From IMG/VR virus record IMGVR_UViG_3300022661_000051: 64,000 nucleotides of DNA; one strand, given 5' to 3'. The DNA comes from a virus (taxonomy: Duplodnaviria > Caudoviricetes). Both the position numbers and the translations under genes were made by a program. Under the pieces are notes generated by a model that saw only the letters and a list, made by a program, of their open reading frames with translations, was not told the DNA's origin and ran no database searches. Below, in pieces: positions 50,053 to 58,278 of this stretch (positions within the stretch are counted from its first letter, which is position 1; each line of letters starts with the position of its first letter).

Positions 50053-50778
50053 TTACTTTTCGATCCTCTTCTTACGATTTGCGAGAGTATACGGCGTCAT
50101 ATAATCCTGTTCAATAAGGTTACTCATAAGACCTGCGCCTATAAGATATACATCGACGGTCGTTCTAGCAACCTGTGCTGATGGAGTAGAATCAAGATCT
50201 TTGAGAGATACCTGACCAGTAGTATTGATCATATTATACATTTTGTTCTTAGCTTCGATATCATCGGCTTTTGCTCTTGTCATTTCTTTAATAGTATCAT
50301 TCATATTCTGAAGAACAAGCGTTTCAAGCTCTCTGTCCGATTCAACGCCTTTAGAATTTCCGACAATATGATATGTTTTAGGATTTCTGGCAGTGATATC
50401 AGTATTATAACCTGATTTCTTAGTTACAAACTGTTTAAGTTTCTTATAGCTCATATAACCAACAAGAGCTTCATGAGTAGTAGTAACAGGAACACCGTCA
50501 GAATTTTTATATAACTGAGCGCATGTTACCTTTTCTGTAGCGGGAACATTGATGGCTTTCAAACCATCAAGACATTTCTTTGGAGTTAGTTCTCTTTCGA
50601 AAATTGTCTGCTGTAGACGAAACGGAAGTCTCCTCTTGCAGAATGCGAGGAATTGATCGTCCGACATTTTAGAGAATAATTGTTTATAGAATTCACTATT
50701 AGCTTTTGAAGGATCTATAGCGTCAAATGCTTTATAGATCAAAGCTTCTGCTTTCTTACGATTAGCGTTCATAAGCAT
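50053..50778 (-). CDS. virion RNA polymerase beta subunit, C-terminal fragment
   Basis: VGYMSYKKLKQFVTKK, ESDRELETL and KEMTRAKADD align with beta GYMYMLKL..GEMEVWAL..EMLTVKSDD. Late promoter 50799. Confidence 0.75.
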   Translation of the reverse strand: MLMNANRKKAEALIYKAFDAIDPSKANSEFYKQLFSKMSDDQFLAFCKRRLPFRLQQTIFERELTPKKCLDGLKAINVPATEKVTCAQLYKNSDGVPVTTTHEALVGYMSYKKLKQFVTKKSGYNTDITARNPKTYHIVGNSKGVESDRELETLVLQNMNDTIKEMTRAKADDIEAKNKMYNMINTTGQVSLKDLDSTPSAQVARTTVDVYLIGAGLMSNLIEQDYMTPYTLANRKKRIEK

Positions 50779-50853
50779 TCCTCCTTCTAAGGATGTTTTA
50801 ATGTATTGTTAATTTTGTAAAACTTCATATTTTCAGACATATATAATTATAGT

Positions 50854-50978
50854 GAATAAGGAATAATAAATCTTTCATACCTTATTCTCATAGACTTTCT
50901 GCAGTGAAGTCTATGAACCTTAAGTCCCGACTAGTCATCGGGCCGCCTTCGGGCGAGGGCTGGGAGGCCCAAATTTTT
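50854..50978 (+). promoter_or_regulatory. five-hairpin structured 5' leader of the AcrIII-1 gene
   Basis: GAAUAAGG/CCUUAUUC; CAUAGACUU/AAGUCUAUG; CCCGA/UCGGG; CGCC-UUCG-GGCG; GGGCU-GGGA-GGCCC, which contains the GGAGG SD. Confidence 0.55.
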
Positions 50979-51365
50979 ATGATTATATTTGATACTATCA
51001 CTATAGCAAATTCGTTTTCGCTAAACATGCTCCCAAAAGGAGACTACGATCATACATTTAGTATGATCGAAGTAACTCTCGAGAAGGCTCGAGAGTTACT
51101 AGTCTCTGCAGCGGAGATCAAGAGCTGTGTCGGCCATGCTGACACAGCAAATGTATTCAGTACCATGCTGAATACAGAAGTGAAGCAAAATCGAACAAAT
51201 TACATTATGGACCCGGATAAAAGAGCTTTCGGGTCAACAAAAGAAATTCTGCTCGTGGGGCAGTATTCTGGCCCGAGACTCCCAGAGGGGGCTACACAGC
51301 TCCCAGAGGGAGCAGAGATCAGATGGTTTGTAATAGACTTTTACTGGGAGTATCAGCCGATATAA
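50979..51365 (+). CDS. acrIII-1: AcrIII-1-like ring nuclease (DUF1874/STIV B116/YddF family)
   Basis: NSFSLNML, SCVGHADTA, NR, GQYSGPRLPEG and IRWFVI motifs. Confidence 0.85.
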   Translation: MIIFDTITIANSFSLNMLPKGDYDHTFSMIEVTLEKARELLVSAAEIKSCVGHADTANVFSTMLNTEVKQNRTNYIMDPDKRAFGSTKEILLVGQYSGPRLPEGATQLPEGAEIRWFVIDFYWEYQPI

Positions 51366-51476
51366 AGGCTGTCTCCTAGTAAAAGTCAAGAAAGGGGTCC
51401 TTTGGACCTCTTTCTTTTTTACGATTTTTCTTTTTTGAACTTTTTAATAATCTATACTAAATTGGAGGTGCTCAAA

Positions 51477-52658
51477 ATGGCCGAAAAAAGTACAATGGTA
51501 ATAGATAAAGAGATCTATCCGGTAGTACAATCTACATTGAATAAGTCTCTCAATAAATTTAAAGCAATGATGAGTAAATTTTTTACTACGAGAAATTCTG
51601 GACTTTATGATACATTCCCAGCAACTCGTATGATGTATGGTCAGCAAGATGCTGACGAACTCTACTCTGTATTTGGTGTTAATGAAAAAGACCTTGCTGA
51701 AAAGATTTCTCGTACATATTATGGCAAGATAGCCAACTTCAATCCAAGAGCAGCAAAAAACCCTGTTACTATTCTTGGTATGTGTATGATAAAGCACTTT
51801 GTTAATAAGAAGGATACAAAGAATCTAGAACTTTCAATGATATATTTATCATTCTCCGGAAATTTCTATCCTTCTATTCATTATGGAACTTATCCATCAG
51901 CGGTTCCAGCAGACTATAGATTCGTTTGCGATTATGTTGTAAATAATGATCTTACAAATAAATTTGATCTTAAAGCCGAAGGCAATGTTATTGGTGCTAT
52001 AAAGTCTATCTGTAATACATGGGTTAGTTCTTACGACAAGATGTTTAAAAGCCCGACAGAAGACGAAGATTATGTTTATCTTATTCAACAGCTTCATACA
52101 AGAATCAAATCTTTTATGAAGAAAACAGCAGAAGCATATTACAGATGCTATAACAACAGAGATTATCTGACATATGACTCTGATGATATGAGTCAAGATA
52201 GTTTCCGTCTTACTGAAAACGATTCTCAGAAAATAACAACTGTATCGCAGAGAGCTATGACTTACATTACATCCCATGATGTAGACTATAGACTCTGTAA
52301 AATGTGTTCAGATCAGAACGTTAAAACTGATGAAATCAAATCGATTATAGAATCAATAGTAAAGAATACGGAAAACATTGATACAGTAAATGAGCTTTGT
52401 TCTTTAATCGTAGCATCTTACTTTGAAAAGAGTAAGACTAAAGATGTTCGAGATATAGAGTTTATTTCTTATACTATAAAGGCTAAACCTAATACAAAAA
52501 ATCAAAACATTCTCCGCCAGCAGGAGATTATTGATAAACTGCTGAGTGAGAATAGTATGGCATATAATAGACGTAAAGGTCGAGAAGCAACAAGATTAAG
52601 TTATAATCGAGCTATGCTCGCATACTTTGCGCTAATAATCAACCAGTCAAATAAGTAA
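51477..52658 (+). CDS. putative virion structural protein
   Basis: Late promoter 51438, GGAGG RBS before MAEKS. Confidence 0.6.
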   Translation: MAEKSTMVIDKEIYPVVQSTLNKSLNKFKAMMSKFFTTRNSGLYDTFPATRMMYGQQDADELYSVFGVNEKDLAEKISRTYYGKIANFNPRAAKNPVTILGMCMIKHFVNKKDTKNLELSMIYLSFSGNFYPSIHYGTYPSAVPADYRFVCDYVVNNDLTNKFDLKAEGNVIGAIKSICNTWVSSYDKMFKSPTEDEDYVYLIQQLHTRIKSFMKKTAEAYYRCYNNRDYLTYDSDDMSQDSFRLTENDSQKITTVSQRAMTYITSHDVDYRLCKMCSDQNVKTDEIKSIIESIVKNTENIDTVNELCSLIVASYFEKSKTKDVRDIEFISYTIKAKPNTKNQNILRQQEIIDKLLSENSMAYNRRKGREATRLSYNRAMLAYFALIINQSNK

Positions 52659-52671
52659 GGGAGGCATAGAA

Positions 52672-54006
52672 GTGGGTTTATTCACTGACAATATAGATTC
52701 TTCAGAAGTATTAAACGAAGTCTACTTCGGTCAAACTCCTGGAATAACAAAAGTTTTTGAGGCTTTTTCTGCATTTCGTTCGAAATACGTCAATAGCAGA
52801 AAAGTTCTTGTTGGTAATATAGATGCAGATCACGATCCTCTTCTCGGAAAGTTCATATCTGAAGTTGAAAGGGAGTTTGGATTTTATTCCTTCTCGTTTG
52901 TATGTCAATTTAACGACGAAGTAAATATGTGCACTATTGTACCATTCTTTAGAGGTTCAGACCCAAAGAAATGTGTTCAGATATCTAAAGACGGATTCAA
53001 GTTTAAAAAAGAAGCAGAAGTATCTGGCTTAACAATAGCTCCGGCTGGTATGTTATTATCTGAAGATTATACTGACCGTGAGATGTTTGCTATATTCCTT
53101 CATGAGATAGGTCACAACTTCCAAGATTTCTTAAACGGAACTATTATGAGTTGTAAAACGGTTAATGATATGCTCCTTATCTACGGTCTTATAGTAGAAG
53201 CTTGTATCAGACCTGTCGCATTTATAAAAGATGTAGCTACACTTTCAATAGTAAATAATTATTCATTGAAAATTCTATCTAAGGCATTCAATAAAATATC
53301 TATCTCTCAGAATAGAACATTCATATCATATATAAATTTTGTTGGTGGTATATGTAGCATCGCAACCTCCACAGTAAAACAAGTACTAGGTCTCGCCACA
53401 TTACCGATTATGTTAATATATGCAGCGGTTCGTGAATTAATCGGATCTGTTATGAATCCTGTTCAAACCGTACGCGGTTATTTAGGAGAAAAATTTTCTG
53501 ATGATTTTCCATCATATTATGGCTTCGGACCTGATATAACATCGGCTTTACGAAAGTTAGGTATTATTGATGGAACAAAAACTGGCGTATTGTACGCTGT
53601 AGATAAGATTCCTCTTATATCTCATTTCTACAATTTATTGCTCTTACCTGGAACTATTCTTTTGGAAATTTCAGATTGTCATCCGTCATCTCCAGCGAGA
53701 GTTAAAGGTGTAGTAAATTCAATGAGACATGATCTCCAAAACCCATCATTATCACCAAAGCTTAAAGCTCAATTAAAGAAAGAACTGGATTTGGTAGAGT
53801 CACAAACTGAGGATTATTATAATAATCTGAAGAAAACAGATCCTGCTTTCTTAAAGAAGGTTTTCGATAAGTATATCTTCTATGCTTGTGATGGAGGAGC
53901 TAAACATAAATTCTTTACGAAGGTATTTGACTTTGAAAATGATAATACAAAATCGGCTAATAACCTTCGTGAACAGTCCTTTATTGCAAACATAGAAGTT
54001 AAATAA
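52672..54006 (+). CDS. zincin (HExxH) metallopeptidase, probably virion-associated
   Basis: AIFLHEIGHNF, EKFSD and CHP..RV (M48-like). MGLFT start and VLNE|V site. Confidence 0.7.
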   Translation: MGLFTDNIDSSEVLNEVYFGQTPGITKVFEAFSAFRSKYVNSRKVLVGNIDADHDPLLGKFISEVEREFGFYSFSFVCQFNDEVNMCTIVPFFRGSDPKKCVQISKDGFKFKKEAEVSGLTIAPAGMLLSEDYTDREMFAIFLHEIGHNFQDFLNGTIMSCKTVNDMLLIYGLIVEACIRPVAFIKDVATLSIVNNYSLKILSKAFNKISISQNRTFISYINFVGGICSIATSTVKQVLGLATLPIMLIYAAVRELIGSVMNPVQTVRGYLGEKFSDDFPSYYGFGPDITSALRKLGIIDGTKTGVLYAVDKIPLISHFYNLLLLPGTILLEISDCHPSSPARVKGVVNSMRHDLQNPSLSPKLKAQLKKELDLVESQTEDYYNNLKKTDPAFLKKVFDKYIFYACDGGAKHKFFTKVFDFENDNTKSANNLREQSFIANIEVK

Positions 54007-54048
54007 TGGAACTTTTAAATAAAAATAATTATTAAAGGAGGTATTCAT

Positions 54049-54843
54049 ATGCCATTCAATTTCAGAGCATTCCTCGAAGGCGACGATGAGGAAGAAAAGA
54101 AAAAGAAGTCTGATGAGGACGAAGACGAAGATGACGACCTCGATGACGATGATGATAAAGACGACGATGACGATGATTCTACAGATAATGATTATTTAGG
54201 CGGAGCTGACGATGATGATGAATCTGGGAGTAATGATGACGATGATTCAGACTCTGGTTCTACTGATAATGATTATCTTGGTGGCGACGATAGTGTCGGA
54301 GGTATTGAAGGTGATAATGACGATATTTCCGCAGGCGATTCTGATACTGGCGATACTGGCGCTTTTGATAAGCTCGCTAAGGTAGTATACGCAACAATCG
54401 TTGGAATCAATAACTTCCGTCATATTCATTTCCATTGTTCAGGTCCTCATTTTAAGGACATTCATTCTCTTACCGACGGCATTTATTCACAGTTCGTTTG
54501 GTATATCGATGGACTCGCAGAACTCACTCTTCAGGGTAAGGGTATGAAGCTCGACAACTTCTGTAATTCTCATCAGTACGTTGCTGAAATCGATATCGAG
54601 ACTGAAAGTGATTACAATTTTGAGGCGGCATGTACAGCATGTGCTAATACACTCAAGCATCTCTTGAATATCTATAAAGATGCAAGAGATGCGTTTACTG
54701 ATAGACCTGATATTCAGAGTAGTCTTGATGAGAAGATAAGTCTTATTAATAAGAATCTTAACTACAGCATTGAAAGAAGACTGGCCGGATCTGGCGGATC
54801 AGTAGAAGAATCATGTAACTTTTTCAACTTTGACGTAAAATAA
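54049..54843 (+). CDS. Dps/ferritin-like protein with acidic N-terminal leader
   Basis: HIHFHCSGPHFKDIHSLTDGIY..IDGLAE matches the Dps helix I-II pattern; about 100 aa D/E-rich leader. Confidence 0.7.
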   Translation: MPFNFRAFLEGDDEEEKKKKSDEDEDEDDDLDDDDDKDDDDDDSTDNDYLGGADDDDESGSNDDDDSDSGSTDNDYLGGDDSVGGIEGDNDDISAGDSDTGDTGAFDKLAKVVYATIVGINNFRHIHFHCSGPHFKDIHSLTDGIYSQFVWYIDGLAELTLQGKGMKLDNFCNSHQYVAEIDIETESDYNFEAACTACANTLKHLLNIYKDARDAFTDRPDIQSSLDEKISLINKNLNYSIERRLAGSGGSVEESCNFFNFDVK

Positions 54844-55256
54844 AAGAAAGGACCCCGCAGGAATATCCTGCGGGGTTGGTTACATTCACATTGATGAAAA
54901 AATAAATACTTTCATTTGATAGCTTTTCCGTGATAGAAATTTAGAATTATGTACAAAGTACCGATAAATAGTAGGTAGCGTAAGATTTATACGCTTTCCC
55001 TCATTCAGTTGTTTGATTTCTCATTATGGCCGTTAATGAGAAAATCTGAAATGGTGTAAGTTGGATTTTGATTTGAGCAATCTTATTTGTTTGTAGTGTT
55101 GTTATATAACAATCAGTAATAGATTTATAAAGCTGGAAAGCATGTAATGTCCTCTTATGTATAAAGAACTGAAAGCAAATGGATTGATGAGTTCTTTACT
55201 TTATTTCGGTCTTAGACCCGTGACTCGTATCTTAACAGTCGATTTATAAACCTATT
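54842..55256 (-). ncRNA. putative structured ncRNA N6 (about 410 nt)
   Basis: Promoter 55256-55267, terminator 54852-54876 with U-tract on the minus strand, multibranch 5' domain, no ORF. Confidence 0.65.
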
Positions 55257-55282
55257 ACTTATATGTTACCGTATGTTATTTT

Positions 55283-55795
55283 TTATCTAGCCCAGTCAGG
55301 ACAAGGAGCAGATACTGTAAGTCCTTCATGTGCAGGAACCTTTGTTTCTGCCTTAACATAACCGCCGTCAACCTTTTTAGGATATCTCTTAACAGACTCA
55401 GGAACGTCCTTAAGCTGAATAGAGATGTTTGACTTTTCTGTACCGCCGAGATTAATCTTACGGCCTGTTCTGAGATATGTATTTGTGAAGTCCTTAGAAA
55501 GTGCAATCATTGTTTCTGCATCGCTCTTCTTAGCCTCATAAGACTCAACAAGATTTTCAGCTTCAGCCTTAGAGATTTTTGCCGTTGCAGAAACTACATT
55601 GCTGAGCATGCTTCTGTATTCCTGTGCAGGGCAGTGTTCTGATGTGCCGGAATTTGTGAATGTTGTTACCTTAAAATCCTTATCATTGAGCATTGCTCTC
55701 ATAACAGCAACTTCATCTTTATTTGAAGCTGATGCCTGTGAAAGGTTCTCCTTAATGTTTTTGATAAGATCCGCTGTTTTCATGATTTCTGACAT
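55283..55795 (-). CDS. HU/IHF-like DNA-binding protein (divergent)
   Basis: YLRTGRKINLGG..SIQLKDVPESVKRYP..TKVPAHEGLTV resembles the HU helix-2/beta-arm. Confidence 0.45.
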   Translation of the reverse strand: MSEIMKTADLIKNIKENLSQASASNKDEVAVMRAMLNDKDFKVTTFTNSGTSEHCPAQEYRSMLSNVVSATAKISKAEAENLVESYEAKKSDAETMIALSKDFTNTYLRTGRKINLGGTEKSNISIQLKDVPESVKRYPKKVDGGYVKAETKVPAHEGLTVSAPCPDWAR

Positions 55796-55808
55796 ATTAG
55801 TGTCCTCC

Positions 55809-56000
55809 TTAAGATATTAATAATAAGTGTTTGTTCCCGTCTGTAATCTTTACAAATGCGGGAATCGGTTTAACTACCGGTTTACCATTCTTCTTGATAA
55901 ACTCATTGATCTCTATATCTGTCATTGATAACAGAGTATTTATAAATTCATCCCTAGAATGGGGAATACCGATATCTTTTGATTTGCTTTTAATAGCCAT
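55809..56000 (-). CDS. hypothetical protein
   Basis: AGGAGG RBS, late promoter 56039. Confidence 0.65.
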   Translation of the reverse strand: MAIKSKSKDIGIPHSRDEFINTLLSMTDIEINEFIKKNGKPVVKPIPAFVKITDGNKHLLLIS

Positions 56001-56136
56001 CTTAAAACCTCCTAAATAGATGTAATTAGGATCGATTTTACTATAATGTTACTCATGTAGTAATTTATAATTACCCAGTTGTACCGTTTAAGATAAAACA
56101 TTATATTAATTAATTAAAATATAAGGGGGCTTTTAT

Positions 56137-57012
56137 ATGTCATCAAATACATGTATCGGCTATGTATTACATGAAGCCGTTACCGAAACAGAAGCTACTA
56201 TTCTTGATACAAAAAATGGCAAGCCTTACGCTACCGGAATTCTTCAGGATCTTGGAGTCGAAAATAGAAACGGAAGAATATATGAAACTTCGGAAATGAA
56301 ACCTGAAGTTGAAGGAGACCGTATTCAGAAAGAGCTTATTCCTTATGGATATATGAGAGGTCATGCCGGACATCCGTCAACCTCAGATCTTTCTATTCAG
56401 TCTACTATCGATCCTAAACTCTGCTGTGTTCAGTTTGATAAAATATGGATGGATGGTAACCTTATCAGAGCAAACTACCATGGAACTAATAATGAATACG
56501 GTAGAGCATTCTCAGAAGATCTTCTCGAGGGTTGCTTCCCAGCATTTAGTTTAAGAGCACTAGGTTCTGTGGACCGTTCTAGAAACGGAAAGTGCTATGT
56601 AAGAAATCTTCGTATTATTACATGGGATCATGTAATTTATCCTTCACATAAGAGAGCATATACAGAAAAGCTTATCGATGCTAAGGATGCTAGAGGTACA
56701 ATCAAAGAATCAGCTATCATCCTTCCAAACGATCCAAGAGCTAAATTCCATAAGGCTTGTATGATTGAAGAAGCAACAGCTTCGGACGGTAATGTAATTC
56801 CTATAATGAATCAGCAGGTTGTAGATTACGTTAAGAGTGAATCTGCAAATATCAAGTCTATTATAAACACATTTGATACTCTTTACGAATCAGCTATTCT
56901 TGTAAATAACGGCAAGGCTGTATCCCTCAAGATTAAAGGTGGAGATACAATTATAGTAAATCTTGAATCTTATATTCAGGACGAAATTATGAACTGGTGT
57001 TATAATAACTAA
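56137..57012 (+). CDS. prohead core protease (T4 gp21-like)
   Basis: LQ..NRNGRIY, GHAGHP, FSLRALGS and ITWDHVIYPSH..AY motifs. Confidence 0.88.
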   Translation: MSSNTCIGYVLHEAVTETEATILDTKNGKPYATGILQDLGVENRNGRIYETSEMKPEVEGDRIQKELIPYGYMRGHAGHPSTSDLSIQSTIDPKLCCVQFDKIWMDGNLIRANYHGTNNEYGRAFSEDLLEGCFPAFSLRALGSVDRSRNGKCYVRNLRIITWDHVIYPSHKRAYTEKLIDAKDARGTIKESAIILPNDPRAKFHKACMIEEATASDGNVIPIMNQQVVDYVKSESANIKSIINTFDTLYESAILVNNGKAVSLKIKGGDTIIVNLESYIQDEIMNWCYNN

Positions 57013-57040
57013 AAATAAAGGTAGGGTGCGTAATCGCACC

Positions 57041-57865
57041 CTACTCTCTTTCCACTTTAACAAATGCTGGTACATAATTCGGTATCTGAGGAATTGTTTG
57101 TACAGATTCTATATTATCTGGATGCGATACTCCTATAACAGTATTTCCAGATATGTCGTTTTTATATTCAGCCAATCTTTCTTTAAGCATTTTCTGAAGA
57201 TCATGTAACTGATCTATTTGAGAATTATCTCCCATTTCGACACTTATATATTTCTTTTCGAGTACTTGTTTATAATTATCATTCATAGACCCTTCTATTG
57301 TAAGGCGTTCAAGCTCATCCAATTTGTCGAGAAGCTCCGGATCTATGTAATTGTAGTACATAGCAATGAATTGACGATAATAACCGTATACTTTATCAAC
57401 CGGTACAAAAATATACTGGTTGTGGACAAGTTCATGTACTGTCTCACATAATGGAATAAGACCGAGCATTAAGCTATAATGTATGTACATTACTTCATAA
57501 GCTACAGCTTCAATATCAAGACATTCGCCCAAGCTCATTCTTTTATTAAGAATGATTACACATATATCATATAAAGTTATAGGTGAATGATGAATTTCTA
57601 TCTTTACCTTAAATGAATTTTCATTGTTGATATTGGGCATGAATGCACATGACCTCATATTCATATACTCTCTTAGATATGCGATCATATTTCGATACTC
57701 GAAAGAACACCTTACAAACCTTTCAAGATCTTTTATATATTTAGCTCTATCCTTTTCATCGAAAAGATCATAGTCCTGAATTTCGTACGCAGGAATGTCG
57801 TTAGGAATTCTGATAATATCTATCTCGTTCGGTTGAAGAGGTATCATACTATTTTCACCGATCAT
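57041..57865 (-). CDS. HNH-like (YomD-like) protein
   Basis: IEIHHSPITLYDI..LIPLCETVHELVH. Confidence 0.55.
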   Translation of the reverse strand: MIGENSMIPLQPNEIDIIRIPNDIPAYEIQDYDLFDEKDRAKYIKDLERFVRCSFEYRNMIAYLREYMNMRSCAFMPNINNENSFKVKIEIHHSPITLYDICVIILNKRMSLGECLDIEAVAYEVMYIHYSLMLGLIPLCETVHELVHNQYIFVPVDKVYGYYRQFIAMYYNYIDPELLDKLDELERLTIEGSMNDNYKQVLEKKYISVEMGDNSQIDQLHDLQKMLKERLAEYKNDISGNTVIGVSHPDNIESVQTIPQIPNYVPAFVKVERE

Positions 57866-57911
57866 AATCTATGTTCCTCCTTATAATAATAAATTATTAT
57901 AAAGTTCTTGA

Positions 57912-58213
57912 CAAAAAATAAACGCGGCAGTATCGAGGTGGTGCCCGAAAGCACCACCTAAATACTCATTCATTTAAAAACTGCAGGAGTGTATTTAAAA
58001 CGAGATTTCAATAGAATAAATGATTGATGTAGATGGAACCAGCACTATTGGACGGTTTGTGGGTGCGGCTCAAAAATTAAGGCAGACGAGATATTATTTC
58101 GCCGGCAGATAAAACGGCAAAACGGCCAGTCCTGATATCATCTCATCAGCGGCATCGCCGATACTGTAAAGAAAAGAGCGGCTCTCGGCGCCAATTCCAT
58201 CATGTCAATCATT
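57912..58213 (-). ncRNA. putative structured GC-rich ncRNA N7 (about 300 nt) with repeated GCCG motifs
   Basis: Promoter 58213-58224, closing stem 58195-58212/58020-58038, hairpin 57936-57959. Confidence 0.7.
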
Positions 58214-58278
58214 ACTATAATGTTATATATGTGTTAAAAAATAAATGGGAAGATATCCCATTTATTTTATTATATCGA

